From the NCBI GenBank assembly GCA_013360215.1, contig JABWCP010000006.1:40470-104469 (forward strand): a stretch of DNA of 64,000 bases, written 5' to 3'. Positions 9,707 to 20,392 of this stretch are shown one piece after another; the first letter of the stretch is position 1, and each line of letters begins with the position of its first letter. The notes under the pieces were generated by a model. It did no database searches. It was not told where the DNA came from and saw nothing but the letters and a program-made list of their open reading frames with translations. Source of the stretch: a bacterium (GTDB lineage Bacteria > CLD3 > SB21). The translations under genes were made by a program, and so were the position numbers.

Positions 9707-11170
9707 ATGTTATCGCTATTGATCATCAAAGAATTTAAAAACATACTGCAAAGCCCTAAATTTTTAGCCACATTTATATCGTGTACGCTATTGATCATCC
9801 TCAGTGTGTGGGTCGGTATCCGTGAATACAAGCTGGCCGTGAAAGATTACGAAACAGGCATAGCGCTTAACCGGCAAGATTTGAGTGAACAAACCAATTG
9901 GATGAATGTAGGTAATCGGGTATATCGCAAACCGGATCCTATGCAGATATGGACATTTGGAGTCCATTACGATATTGGACGCGTCGCGCATGTCAACACA
10001 TGGGATTCACCCGAACTGCGCAGCAGCATTTATTCCCGCGATCTCGTGTATGCCGTATTTCGGTTTTTGGATTTCAATTTTATAGTCGTAGTGGTGTTAT
10101 CGTTATTTGCTATCGTATTTACATACGATGCGGTAAGCGGTGAAAAAGAAAGCGGTATGCTAAAGCTTACGTTTTCCAACGGTGTCCCTAAATCCACATA
10201 CATCGTTGCAAAAATCATCGGCTCATGGGCGGGTTTGGGAATTCCATTGATCGTGCCGATGCTGCTATCATTTTTGATGGCGATATTATTGCAAATACCT
10301 CTCACACCCGATCACTATGCTCGTTTAGGCGGTTTATTTTTGTCGGGTGCGCTCTACTTTACTTTTTTTATAATTTTGGGAATTCTGATCTCATCATGGA
10401 CTTCGCACTCGACCGCATCGTTTCTCACTTTACTTGTTTTATGGGTTACGATCACCTTTGTCGTGCCGCGCCTCGGTGTTATGCTATCGGGGCAGGTTTT
10501 ACCGGTGCCCACAGCCGCCGAAGTGGATAGCCAAATCGAAGGTTTTTCCAAGTCGCAATTTGAAACATTGCGCCAAAACCTTTCGGAAACCTGGATGAAA
10601 CGCAATAATGACGTGCAGCAACAACCGGAATCCGAGCGACAGATGTACCGCGATAAGATGGAGTGGACATGGCTGGAAGAAGATCAAAATGCCCGCAAGT
10701 CCGTACAGGAAAACATTGAAAGTTTTACACGCAAAGTACATGAAGAACTGGATAACCGAAAACGCGAGCAAATCGAACTGGGTTTGATCTTTGCGCGCTG
10801 GTCGCCGGCTTCGTTATTTCAGCTCGCGGCAATGCGTTTTTCGCAGACCGATATTTTTCTGAAAGAGCGTTACGACGGCGCGATACGTACCTATCAAAAA
10901 GATTTTTCCGATGTTGTGGAAAAAAAACGCCGAGAAAATAGAGCCGAAGGACTGCGTATCGAAGTGGATAGCGATCGCGGATTTCGCGTGCAAACACCGG
11001 ATTTGAAAAAAACGATTGATGTGCGATCCATCCCGGAATTTACACATCCAGCCGTTTCCGCCGGGCATGCATGGCGGTTATCGGTTTGGGATATTGTACT
11101 CCTCGCCGTGATAACAGGATTTGCCTTTTTGGGAGCGTTGGTGCGATTTCTGCGCTACGATGTACGCTAA
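9707..11170 (+). CDS. ABC-2 family transporter permease (tandem paralog)
   Basis: Same architecture and conserved termini as 8282..9694. Confidence 0.6.
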   Translation: MLSLLIIKEFKNILQSPKFLATFISCTLLIILSVWVGIREYKLAVKDYETGIALNRQDLSEQTNWMNVGNRVYRKPDPMQIWTFGVHYDIGRVAHVNTWDSPELRSSIYSRDLVYAVFRFLDFNFIVVVVLSLFAIVFTYDAVSGEKESGMLKLTFSNGVPKSTYIVAKIIGSWAGLGIPLIVPMLLSFLMAILLQIPLTPDHYARLGGLFLSGALYFTFFIILGILISSWTSHSTASFLTLLVLWVTITFVVPRLGVMLSGQVLPVPTAAEVDSQIEGFSKSQFETLRQNLSETWMKRNNDVQQQPESERQMYRDKMEWTWLEEDQNARKSVQENIESFTRKVHEELDNRKREQIELGLIFARWSPASLFQLAAMRFSQTDIFLKERYDGAIRTYQKDFSDVVEKKRRENRAEGLRIEVDSDRGFRVQTPDLKKTIDVRSIPEFTHPAVSAGHAWRLSVWDIVLLAVITGFAFLGALVRFLRYDVR

Positions 11171-11174
11171 TACG

Positions 11175-12323
11175 TCAATATTTAGCCAATGAAGGATCTA
11201 CGGTTTCCGCGTAAGCGATGATACCGCCGCGAAGATTGATGAGATTATCAAAGCCCAGCGTGCGCAGTTGCGCGATGGCCTTGGCGCTGCGTCCGCCCAT
11301 TTTGCAATGAACCACGACCGGTTTGTTTGGGGCGATGCGGGCAGATTCTTGCATAATCTGTGCAAGAGGTATTAATGTGCCGCCGAGATTGCATATGTCG
11401 TATTCAAATGACTCGCGCACATCAATGAGTTGAAAATCTTTTCCGGTATCTATCCAATGTTTGAGTTCGGTCGGTGAAATTTCTCCGGCAGTTTGTTTTT
11501 CGGGTTCGGAAATTCCGCAAAAAACTTCATAGTCTATCAATGCGGTGATGGTCGGTTGCAGGCCATTGATCGGATTGACCGGATCGCGCTTAAATTTCAT
11601 AGTTCGTGATTCAAACGTCAACGCATTCCACAGAAAAAGTTTTCCGCTAAGCGGCGCTCCGATACCGGTGATAACTTTGATGGCTTCGCTTGCTTGCATG
11701 CTGCCAATAATGCCCGGCAAAACACCGAGGACACCGCCTTCAGCGCAACTGGGAACCATACCTGGCGGCGGCGGGGTGGGAAAAAGATCGCGATAGTTTG
11801 GTCCGAGCGTACCGGAAGGATCTGTATAATGAAAAACCGAAACCTGGCCTTCGAATTGAAATATTGATGCGTAGATCAGCGGTTTATTCAGTAATACACA
11901 GGCGTCATTGACCAAATACCGTGTTTGAAAGTTATCGCTTCCGTCGGCGATAATGTCGTAAGATCGTATGATGTCCATCGCATTGGCTGAAGTGAGTTTT
12001 TCGCGATGTGTATTAAAATGCACAAACGGGTTGAGCTGCTTCAAACGTTGCGCGGCCGTATCGGCTTTGGGTTTACCGACATCATCCACGGTATATAGGA
12101 CTTGCCTTTGGAGATTACTTGCATCAACTGTGTCAAAATCAACAATACCGATAGTTCCTACGCCGGCGGCTGTAAGATAAAGCAAACAGGGTGCGCCGAG
12201 GCCTCCTGCACCGATGACCAATACTTTGGCTGATTTGAGTTTTTGTTGCCCTTCAAGGCCAAATTCTTTGAGAATAAGATGACGATTGTAGCGTGCTAAT
12301 TCTTCAGTGGTCAATCCGTGCAT
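11175..12323 (-). CDS. ThiF/MoeB-family adenylyltransferase fused to a rhodanese domain (MoeZ-type)
   Basis: VLVIGAGGLGAPCLLYLTAAGVGTIGIVDFDTVDASNLQRQ nucleotide-binding motif; C-terminal rhodanese with active-site CKMGGRS. Confidence 0.85.
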   Translation of the reverse strand: MHGLTTEELARYNRHLILKEFGLEGQQKLKSAKVLVIGAGGLGAPCLLYLTAAGVGTIGIVDFDTVDASNLQRQVLYTVDDVGKPKADTAAQRLKQLNPFVHFNTHREKLTSANAMDIIRSYDIIADGSDNFQTRYLVNDACVLLNKPLIYASIFQFEGQVSVFHYTDPSGTLGPNYRDLFPTPPPPGMVPSCAEGGVLGVLPGIIGSMQASEAIKVITGIGAPLSGKLFLWNALTFESRTMKFKRDPVNPINGLQPTITALIDYEVFCGISEPEKQTAGEISPTELKHWIDTGKDFQLIDVRESFEYDICNLGGTLIPLAQIMQESARIAPNKPVVVHCKMGGRSAKAIAQLRTLGFDNLINLRGGIIAYAETVDPSLAKY

Positions 12324-12335
12324 ACGATACGCCGC

Positions 12336-13622
12336 CTAACTATGTTCGACGATCATCGCACCGCCTTGACCGCCACCGATGCATAACGTAGCTAAACCGA
12401 ACTGAAGATTTTTTCGCTTAAGCTCTTTGAGTACGGTCAAAACAAGCCGCGTTGCGGATGAACCTACGGGGTGACCAAGTGCAATAGCACCGCCATTGAC
12501 GTTGAGGATTTGGCGATCAATTTCACCAACCGCTTCGGTTAGTCCCAATTTTTCTTCGGCAAATTTTTTGGAAGCAAAACAACGTTCATTGGCGATCACC
12601 TGCGCGGCGAAAGCTTCATTCATCTCAATACGTTGTATATCCTTCATGGAGAGGCCGGCTTTTTTGAGCGCGACGGGTGTGGCGTATACCGGGCCGAGTC
12701 CCATGCGTTCCGGATCAAGACCTGCGAAGCCGAAACCGCGAATGGAGCCGAGCGGTGTATATCCTAACGCTTTAGCTTTTTCTTCCGACATGACGAGAAC
12801 AAACGCCGCGCCATCGGTGATTTGGCTGGAATTGCCGGCTGTTACGGTGCCATATTTTTTATCAAACGCCGGGCGAAGTTTGCCCAGCGCTTCCATAGTC
12901 TGATTTTTTCGAATGCCGTTATCTTCGTCAGCGATTTTTTTAAAATCAGGCGGTAAATACACCGGCATGATTTCTTCTTTGAGAATACCGTTGTCCGTTG
13001 CTGTCATGGCGCGTTGATGACTCAGGAGCGCCAGTTCGTCCTGCTCTTTGCGGGTAATGCCGTATTCTTTGGCTAATACTTCGGCGGTTTCGCCCATATT
13101 AAGTCCGCAAAATCCGTCGGTAAGCCCCAAGAGAAGTCCTATCACAGGTTTGAAATCACCGGGGCGAAACGAGGCCATGGCGCCGATTCGTGCCGGCATA
13201 GAACGGGCTTGCATCATCGCGGCAAATTTATTGGTCGCACGTTCCGAAAAAAGCAAAGGTACCTTAGTCATGGATTCGACTCCGCCGGCAATGATGACAT
13301 CGGCTTCACCGGCGATAATCCGTAGATAGGCATCGGCAATAGATTGCATACCGCTGGCGCAATTGCGCCCGACGGTAAAGGAAGGTACGTGTTTGGGGAC
13401 TCCCGCCTCCAGCGCGATGATACGGGCGACATTGGTGGCTTCGGGCGGATTGCCGATATTGCCGACAATGACTTCGTCCACGAGTTTACAGTCAAGATTG
13501 GTGCGCGCCATCAGTTCACGCATCGCCAGTTTCCCGAGATCAACCGCCGACATTTTATTGAAAAGCGTTCCGGCTTTTATGTATGGCGTTCGCACGCCGT
13601 CAACGATAACAACCTTTTTCAT
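12336..13622 (-). CDS. Acetyl-CoA C-acyltransferase (thiolase)
   Basis: Thiolase signatures NVNGGAIALGHPVGSSATR and ATLCIGGGQGGAMIVE; N-terminal VDGVRTPYIKAGT. Confidence 0.9.
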   Translation of the reverse strand: MKKVVIVDGVRTPYIKAGTLFNKMSAVDLGKLAMRELMARTNLDCKLVDEVIVGNIGNPPEATNVARIIALEAGVPKHVPSFTVGRNCASGMQSIADAYLRIIAGEADVIIAGGVESMTKVPLLFSERATNKFAAMMQARSMPARIGAMASFRPGDFKPVIGLLLGLTDGFCGLNMGETAEVLAKEYGITRKEQDELALLSHQRAMTATDNGILKEEIMPVYLPPDFKKIADEDNGIRKNQTMEALGKLRPAFDKKYGTVTAGNSSQITDGAAFVLVMSEEKAKALGYTPLGSIRGFGFAGLDPERMGLGPVYATPVALKKAGLSMKDIQRIEMNEAFAAQVIANERCFASKKFAEEKLGLTEAVGEIDRQILNVNGGAIALGHPVGSSATRLVLTVLKELKRKNLQFGLATLCIGGGQGGAMIVEHS

Positions 13623-13629
13623 ATACGAC

Positions 13630-15135
13630 TCATTTGTTGGAATACGATTTTTTAATCAGTTCGTCCAAATATTTTCTGGGATCATCAAAAACTTCGGGCG
13701 TTACAAGAAAATGTGTTTTACCGGCCAATTTTAATCCGTATTCGTAATCTTTAAAAAGCTCTGCAGCGATCGCCCGGAACGAGCGTTTTTCAGTTTGTGA
13801 TCGCTGAGCGATTTTTTGAATGGCCACATCGGAAAATTCAAAAATAATGCCGTGCGTCGTGAGATACTGCTGTTGAAATTCTTTCATCGAAGAATAGGTG
13901 AGCAGCTTGTTGAGTTCGGCTTGCGGCTGCAAAACGACGTCTTTGGTGACGCGAAATTTACGAATGTTCGTGGACGGTAATTTCTTTTCAAATTTGATCA
14001 ATACGTTTTCTAAAATATTGACTAAGCCGCGCGCGCCTGTTTTTTGGACAAACGCACGTTCTGCAAAAATGTGCAATGCGTCGTCATCAAATTCGACTTC
14101 GATACCGTAAGCGGCAAAATCGCGCTTTTTGCTGAGGATCACGCTGCTGTTGGGGTTTTTTAGAATATTAAATAGCGCGTCAACCGTAAGTTCGTTGAGT
14201 ACGGCGATGACGGGCAGGCGTCCTACAAATTCCGATTCGAATCCGTATTCGACGAGGTCTTCTGTTTTTACGCGTTTCATCAGTTCGCCGCGCGAGAGTT
14301 TAGAAATGCCTTCCTGATCCGAGCCGAAGCCGATGCGTACTTGATTGATGCGCTTGCGGATGTTTTCTTCGATGCCGCCGAAAGCGCCGCTCATTACGAA
14401 TAGGATGTTTTTTGTGTTTACTTTTTTACGCTGCACTTTGCCGGTGCGTTGGGCTTCCATCGCGGCTTCCATTTGGGCGGCCATGTCATGCGGTACGCGC
14501 AGATCCACTTCGGATTCTTCCATAAGTTTCAAAAGGTTCCGCTGAACGCCGGTACGGGATACATCAATACCGCGGTTGTTTTGTGCCGAAGCGATTTTGT
14601 CTATTTCGTCAAGATAGATAATACCGTATTCGGCGCTTTTGATATCGCCGTCGGCTTCACGTACAAGATCGCGCACGAGGTCTTCAACATCGCCCCCGAC
14701 ATAGCCGGTTTCGGAAAACTTGGTGGCATCGCCTTTGACGAAAGGTACACCGATTTTTTTTGCAATCAGTTTGACGATGTACGTTTTACCCACACCCGTA
14801 GGGCCGATGAGAAGAACATTGCTTTTGATGTTACCTACAAGTTTTTGTTCATCCGTGAGCGTGTCTTCCAGTTTCATACGGTTGTAGTGCGTGGCGATCT
14901 TGGTGGCGATGACTTCGATCGCTTCTTCCTGGCATTCGACGAACTGGTTGAGGTATTCTTCCAATTCCTCAGGCTTCAGGTCAAAATTGGTCTTTTCACC
15001 GGATTTCAGCGTTGAACCCTGATTTTTCGTGCCTGCACTGTCTTGTTCCGGATCGGCCGTACCGTATTTTTCTTTTAAAAATTCTTCAAACTCTTTTTTG
15101 AATTGTTCCGAATTGGTCTGCGACGAAATATTCAT
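13630..15135 (-). CDS. ClpX-family AAA+ ATPase lacking the N-terminal zinc-binding domain
   Basis: Walker A GPTGVGKT, ClpX-like ATKFSETGYVGGDVEDL, and an IGF-loop-like VRIGFGS. Start placed at MNISS (ATG 15133-15135) because AAAGGA lies 11 nt upstream; the ORF frame opens at 15168. Confidence 0.65.
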   Translation of the reverse strand: MNISSQTNSEQFKKEFEEFLKEKYGTADPEQDSAGTKNQGSTLKSGEKTNFDLKPEELEEYLNQFVECQEEAIEVIATKIATHYNRMKLEDTLTDEQKLVGNIKSNVLLIGPTGVGKTYIVKLIAKKIGVPFVKGDATKFSETGYVGGDVEDLVRDLVREADGDIKSAEYGIIYLDEIDKIASAQNNRGIDVSRTGVQRNLLKLMEESEVDLRVPHDMAAQMEAAMEAQRTGKVQRKKVNTKNILFVMSGAFGGIEENIRKRINQVRIGFGSDQEGISKLSRGELMKRVKTEDLVEYGFESEFVGRLPVIAVLNELTVDALFNILKNPNSSVILSKKRDFAAYGIEVEFDDDALHIFAERAFVQKTGARGLVNILENVLIKFEKKLPSTNIRKFRVTKDVVLQPQAELNKLLTYSSMKEFQQQYLTTHGIIFEFSDVAIQKIAQRSQTEKRSFRAIAAELFKDYEYGLKLAGKTHFLVTPEVFDDPRKYLDELIKKSYSNK

Positions 15136-15320
15136 CGTTGGTGTTTTCCTTTGGTTGATTCTTAGCATAACGAAACAAGTCGTGACTTATTTCATCAATG
15201 CTGGATCAACTTACTGGGATTCCTGATGAAATTCAAGCGATTAGCTATGTTGCGTGGGCTCTACCGCCCGTCGCATTTTTCGTACTAAGACACCGTATGA
15301 AAAACACCAAAGTTGTTGAG

Positions 15321-15803
15321 CTATTCTGCACGATCAATCCGGCAAATGTAGCATCCGGCTTCCGCATTGCGCGCATGGAGGTATGCGACATCTGTATGTT
15401 TTTCAAAAATGTCGCTGATCATTTGATCTACATCGCGATCTCCGACAAGACGGGTGTATACCATACGCTGATCATCGGAATAACCAATGAGGGTTAATGG
15501 AAAGTGCTTTTTATCGGCTTTGATTTCCGGAGGAAATCGGTGTATATCTTCATAGGGCGTTACGGATTCGGCATGAATAAATACAGGGCCGGGCTGGTTG
15601 AAGGCGTTATCCACTTCAAACGGAGAATGCGAAAAAAGCAAACGTCTGTCCGTACCGGGCCTGAAGGGTTTCAGCGAAACGCGGCACGGGCCGTAGCCGG
15701 TCGCAATTTGTTCGACGACGGCGTGACCTTGATCGTCCATTCGGTCGGTGCGAATGCGTTCTGCTAAGTTTAACGGCAGTGGAACGATTTTGAATTTAGT
15801 CAT
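15321..15803 (-). CDS. Conserved hypothetical protein
   Basis: 160 aa ORF; AGGAGA RBS 7 nt upstream of the ATG at 15801-15803. No recognisable catalytic motif. Confidence 0.45.
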   Translation of the reverse strand: MTKFKIVPLPLNLAERIRTDRMDDQGHAVVEQIATGYGPCRVSLKPFRPGTDRRLLFSHSPFEVDNAFNQPGPVFIHAESVTPYEDIHRFPPEIKADKKHFPLTLIGYSDDQRMVYTRLVGDRDVDQMISDIFEKHTDVAYLHARNAEAGCYICRIDRAE

Positions 15804-16006
15804 ACAAATCTCCTTTAAAATTTGTTTTATGCTGAATGATAAATAGTTCATGACGTCCAAACGACCCGATTCTTGCTCTTGTTGTAGGCTTTTGTTGAAA
15901 TTTGCTTTCATTACTTAGAAACCTTTGTATATTTGTCGCCGTATATCGTCTGTCCCAATATTTCATTTCGTCAGAATGTATTTCTTTTACCATAACCCAG
16001 TGAGGT

Positions 16007-19000
16007 GTGATGAAACGATTTCTATGTTTTGCAATGTGCGGTTTGTTGTGCTTTACGTTGAAAAATGTTTCTGCGCAGCAAACATGGCCGGTCGAGGGTC
16101 TGCATGATAAAACGCCCTCGATTCATGCGTTTGTCGGTGCTACAATTATTCCCGGGCCCGGACAAAAAATTGATAGCGGCACGATCGTCATTCGCGACGG
16201 TGTCATTGAAGCGATCGGTAAATCCGTTAATATTCCGCGTGAGGCCGTCATCCATGATCTCAAGGGAATGTGGATTTATCCGGGGTTGATTGACGCTTAC
16301 GCCGGTTACGGGATCGCACCGCCGGCAAAAGAGAAGGGGAGCGACGGTCCGCAACCTTACACATCCAAAAAAGGCGCTTACAGCTGGAATCAAGCCGTTA
16401 AACCGGAATTTGAAGCGGCGCGGGAATTTACCATAGATGCCAAACGTGCGGGCGAATTACGTGCGTTGGGATTTACGACCGTTCATGCCAGACCGCTGGA
16501 CGGTATTGTGCGCGGCACCGGAGCGATTGTCAATTTGGGCGAGTCTTCGGCCGCCGAAGAAATTTTAAGTCGTCAGGCGACGGCCAATTTTTCATTTGAT
16601 AAAGGTGTTTCTACACAAGATTATCCGAGTTCACTGATCGGTACGATCGCGCTGATCCGGCAAACATTTTACGATGCATCGTGGTATGGCAAAGCGATGA
16701 ATTCCAAAAACCGTCCGGATGTGAATATTTCTCTTGAAGCGCTCAATACACAATTTTCAGCTAAACTGCCTTTGATTTTTGAAGTAGCGAATACGCAGGA
16801 CATTTTTCGGGTGATGCAGATCGGTAAAGAGTTTGGACAAACGTTCATTATCAAATCCGCAGGATATGAATACGAACGCATCGAAGCGCTCAAACAAAAC
16901 GGCGTATCATTGATCGTACCGGTCAATTTTCCTTCAGCGTATGATGTCGAAGATCCAGACGATGCGCGCAATGTCTCCTTAGCCCAGATGAAAAAATGGG
17001 AATGGGCTCCGGCCAATCCCGGCGCATTGGCCAAGGCGGGTATCTCCTTCGCATTGACTTCGGCTGGTTTGCAGGACAACAAATCATTTTGGTCCAACAT
17101 TCATAAATCTATTGCGATGGGATTACCGGCGGATAAAGCACTGGAGGCCCTGACAACGCGGCCGGCCAAAATGCTCGGTATAGACGCACAGGTTGGCACG
17201 CTGGAAAAAGGAAAATTGGCTAATCTGGTAATCGCTTCCGGCAATTTATTTGAAAAAAATACGACGATCACCCAATCCTGGATCAAAGGACGCTCGTATG
17301 AAGTCAATCGCGTACCGGCGATAGATCCGCGCGGCGTATGGAATCTCCAAGGGGATCTCAAAGCATACGTCCTGATGATCAATGGTACGCTTTCAAAGTT
17401 GAGCGGTAATTTTATGTACCGCGATTCGCAAAACGTAGAAGTAACTCCTTCGGTTAACGGGGATATGCTGTCCATCCAGTTTCGTGGAGATTCGATCGGC
17501 GAGCCCGGGCTTGTTCGTTTGAAGGCGCTGCTTATCAACGGACGTCTGTCCGGTACCGGAGAATTTCCTTCAGGTAAGACGATGAGCTGGTCCGGAACGT
17601 TGTTCAAATCGTTTGAACCGAAGGCGGAAGATAATTCGATCAAGCCGGATTCGTCCGTATTATCACCGATCAGCTTTCCCAATATGGCTTTCGGTTTGAA
17701 AGAAATTCCCGTACAACAAACCGTATTAATCCGAAACGCTACGGTGTGGACTAATACGTCGAAAGGGATTTTAAAAGAAACCGATGTGTTGTTTGAAAAA
17801 GGTAAAATCAAACAAGTCGGAAAAAATCTTTCGGCGCCAGCGGGTGCATGGATCGTTGATGGGACGGGCAAACATGTGACGACGGGTATTATCGATGAAC
17901 ACTCGCACATTGCGGTGAGCCGTGGCGTCAATGAAGGTACGCAATCGGTGAGTTCGGAAGTGCGCATCGGCGATGCCTTGGATGCCGAGGATTCGGATAT
18001 ATATCGCCAATTGGCCGGCGGGGTCACATCGTCGCACCTTTTGCACGGCTCCGCTAATGCGATCGGCGGACAGACACAATTGATCAAATTACGTTGGGGT
18101 GCCGCGGCTGAAGAATTAAAATTTCCAAACTGGCCCGGCTTTATCAAGTTTGCTCTCGGTGAAAATGTCAAACAGTCCAATTGGGGTGATAATTTTACGA
18201 CGCGGTATCCGCAAACCCGCATGGGCGTTGAGCAAATCATCCGTGATGCGTTTCAGGCGGCAAAAGAATACAAATCGACGTGGGAAAGTTATCAGAAATC
18301 CGGCGGAGAAAAATCCGGAAAAGTTGCTCCGCGCCGCGATCTGGAGCTTGATGCCCTGGTCGAAATTCTCGACGGGAAACGTCATATCACATGCCATTCT
18401 TACGTCCAATCGGAAATTACGATGCTGATGCGCGTAGCCGAAGAAATGGGTTTTCGCGTCAATACGTTTACGCATATTCTCGAAGGTTACAAAGTAGCCG
18501 ATAAGATGAAAAAACATGGCGCGGCGGGTTCTACGTTTGCTGATTGGTGGGCATACAAATATGAGGTAATTGATGCGATACCGCATAATCCTGGGCTCAT
18601 GCACCAGGAAGGCGTTACCGTGGGTATCAATTCCGATGACGCCGAAATGGCGCGGCGACTCAATCAGGAAGCGGCCAAATCGGTAAAATATGCCGGCGTT
18701 TCAGAAGAAGATGCGTGGAAATTTGTAACGCTCAATCCGGCAAAAATGCTGCGCGTGGATGATCGTGTGGGCAGCTTGGATAACGGCAAAGATGCGGATA
18801 TCGTAGTATGGAATAATAACCCGCTTTCGATTTATGCCGTGCCGGAAAAAACTTTTGTAGACGGGCGTTTATATTTTGATAAAGAAACGGATGTCCGTTT
18901 GCAAAACGAAGTGGATCAGGAACGCAGCCGGTTAATACAAAAAATGATCGCGGATAAAAAAGGCGGCACCCCGGCCGTAAAACCCATACCGCAGAAGAAA

Positions 19001-19030
19001 ATTCGTTACCACTGTGTCGGTGAGGAATAG
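16007..19030 (+). CDS. Secreted amidohydrolase-family protein (large, two-lobed)
   Basis: Signal peptide; metal-binding motif IDEHSHIAVSRG and HITCHSY, plus amidohydrolase-type GINSDD; 1007 aa. Confidence 0.8.
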   Translation: MMKRFLCFAMCGLLCFTLKNVSAQQTWPVEGLHDKTPSIHAFVGATIIPGPGQKIDSGTIVIRDGVIEAIGKSVNIPREAVIHDLKGMWIYPGLIDAYAGYGIAPPAKEKGSDGPQPYTSKKGAYSWNQAVKPEFEAAREFTIDAKRAGELRALGFTTVHARPLDGIVRGTGAIVNLGESSAAEEILSRQATANFSFDKGVSTQDYPSSLIGTIALIRQTFYDASWYGKAMNSKNRPDVNISLEALNTQFSAKLPLIFEVANTQDIFRVMQIGKEFGQTFIIKSAGYEYERIEALKQNGVSLIVPVNFPSAYDVEDPDDARNVSLAQMKKWEWAPANPGALAKAGISFALTSAGLQDNKSFWSNIHKSIAMGLPADKALEALTTRPAKMLGIDAQVGTLEKGKLANLVIASGNLFEKNTTITQSWIKGRSYEVNRVPAIDPRGVWNLQGDLKAYVLMINGTLSKLSGNFMYRDSQNVEVTPSVNGDMLSIQFRGDSIGEPGLVRLKALLINGRLSGTGEFPSGKTMSWSGTLFKSFEPKAEDNSIKPDSSVLSPISFPNMAFGLKEIPVQQTVLIRNATVWTNTSKGILKETDVLFEKGKIKQVGKNLSAPAGAWIVDGTGKHVTTGIIDEHSHIAVSRGVNEGTQSVSSEVRIGDALDAEDSDIYRQLAGGVTSSHLLHGSANAIGGQTQLIKLRWGAAAEELKFPNWPGFIKFALGENVKQSNWGDNFTTRYPQTRMGVEQIIRDAFQAAKEYKSTWESYQKSGGEKSGKVAPRRDLELDALVEILDGKRHITCHSYVQSEITMLMRVAEEMGFRVNTFTHILEGYKVADKMKKHGAAGSTFADWWAYKYEVIDAIPHNPGLMHQEGVTVGINSDDAEMARRLNQEAAKSVKYAGVSEEDAWKFVTLNPAKMLRVDDRVGSLDNGKDADIVVWNNNPLSIYAVPEKTFVDGRLYFDKETDVRLQNEVDQERSRLIQKMIADKKGGTPAVKPIPQKKIRYHCVGEE

Positions 19031-19039
19031 GAGAAAAAT

Positions 19040-20359
19040 ATGAAAAAATCAGGAACGCATTTGAAAAAAATATATATGATGGCCACATGGATCATGGTGG
19101 TGTTCACTTCCGTCGCACAGGCTCAGGATTTGCCGACGCCCGCATCATCCCAAAAGCAGCCGATTCTGTTACGCAATGGTCGCGTACATGTCGGTGATGG
19201 GCGTGTGCTGGAAAAAACGGACATCCTTCTGGATAACGGTAAAATCATCGAAATTGGCCCTGGGCTTAGCAAACCTTCCACCGCACGTGAGGTGGACGCA
19301 ACGGGAAAAGAAATTTATCCCGGGTTGATTGCCTGCTATAGCACGCTCGGTTTGTCGGAGATCGAAGCGGCACGCCCGACGCGTGATGATCGGGAAGTCG
19401 GTTCGATCAATCCCAATGCGCGCGCATTGATAGCGTTTAACACCGATTCCCGTGTTATTCCTACCGTGCGCTCCAATGGCGTGCTTCTGGCGCAAATCAC
19501 GCCGCAGGGAGGCACGTTGTCGGGAACGGCTTCCGTCGTTCAGCTGGATGCATGGAACTATGAAGACGCGGTGGTTTCTGCGGACAATGGTTTGATCGTG
19601 CAGTGGCCGTCTATGTCGATCTCCAGTAGTATATTTGCGCCGCCGGCCGATGTTCAAAAGAAAAACTCGGAAAAAGCATTAAACGAGCTATTCAAAGCTT
19701 TTGAGGATGCGTATGCGTATTTTACAGCTAAAAAAACCGGTAATTCTGCCGCGCTTGATTTAAAATGGGAGTCTGTGATTCCTGTTTTTGAAAAGAAAAG
19801 ACGGGTATTCATTCGTGCCAATGATGCTAAACAAATTCAGGCGGCCGTGGCACTTTTGAAGAAATACGATATACTCGGCGCGATTATCGGCGGTTATGAT
19901 AGTTGGCGCGTCGCACCGCTCTTGAAAGAGCATAATATACCAGTTATCATCACGGATACGCATGCGATACCCGGGCGTGAAGATGAAGACTACGATCTGC
20001 GTTACAAACTGCCCAAACTCTTGCTGGATGCCGGTGTTACATTTGCCATTACCATAGACGGCAGTTGGCAACAGCGGAATTTGGCGTTTCAAGCCGGATC
20101 GGGCGTGGCTTTTGGTTTGTCTAAAGAAGAAGCGTTGACGGCTATCACTAAGTCACCGGCCGAAATTTTAGGTATAAATGATCGTATGGGTACTATAGAA
20201 AAAGGTAAAGATGCGACCTTGATCGTGGTAAGCGGTGATATTATGGACATGCGTACATCTATAGTAGAGCAGGCATTTATACAAGGCCGGGATATTGATC
20301 TTGGTAATAAACAAACCGATCTGTATCAACGGTTTAAGAAAAAGTATGATCAAAACTGA
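19040..20359 (+). CDS. Secreted amidohydrolase-family protein
   Basis: Signal peptide; amidohydrolase-like fold motifs. Lies 9 nt after the previous gene, so probably co-transcribed. Confidence 0.75.
   Translation: MKKSGTHLKKIYMMATWIMVVFTSVAQAQDLPTPASSQKQPILLRNGRVHVGDGRVLEKTDILLDNGKIIEIGPGLSKPSTAREVDATGKEIYPGLIACYSTLGLSEIEAARPTRDDREVGSINPNARALIAFNTDSRVIPTVRSNGVLLAQITPQGGTLSGTASVVQLDAWNYEDAVVSADNGLIVQWPSMSISSSIFAPPADVQKKNSEKALNELFKAFEDAYAYFTAKKTGNSAALDLKWESVIPVFEKKRRVFIRANDAKQIQAAVALLKKYDILGAIIGGYDSWRVAPLLKEHNIPVIITDTHAIPGREDEDYDLRYKLPKLLLDAGVTFAITIDGSWQQRNLAFQAGSGVAFGLSKEEALTAITKSPAEILGINDRMGTIEKGKDATLIVVSGDIMDMRTSIVEQAFIQGRDIDLGNKQTDLYQRFKKKYDQN
20279..20350. repeat. Left copy of a 72-bp direct repeat (3' end of the amidohydrolase gene); candidate attL-like boundary
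   Basis: atacaaggccgggatattgatcttggtaataaacaaaccgatctgtatcaacggtttaagaaaaagtatgat recurs at 38749..38830 with 4 mismatches. Confidence 0.6.
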
Positions 20360-20392
20360 ATATCTTGATAACAGGAGATCATTTTAATCATT

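Noticed and set aside
17101-18240. 379-aa ORF on the minus strand
   Set aside because: Lies entirely antisense within the well-supported 1007-aa amidohydrolase gene and has no RBS or recognisable motifs. This is a typical shadow ORF in a GC-richer region. The same applies to 14449..15015, 12496..12903, 51836..52492, 55320..55769, 19169..19657 and the other internal antisense ORFs in the track.
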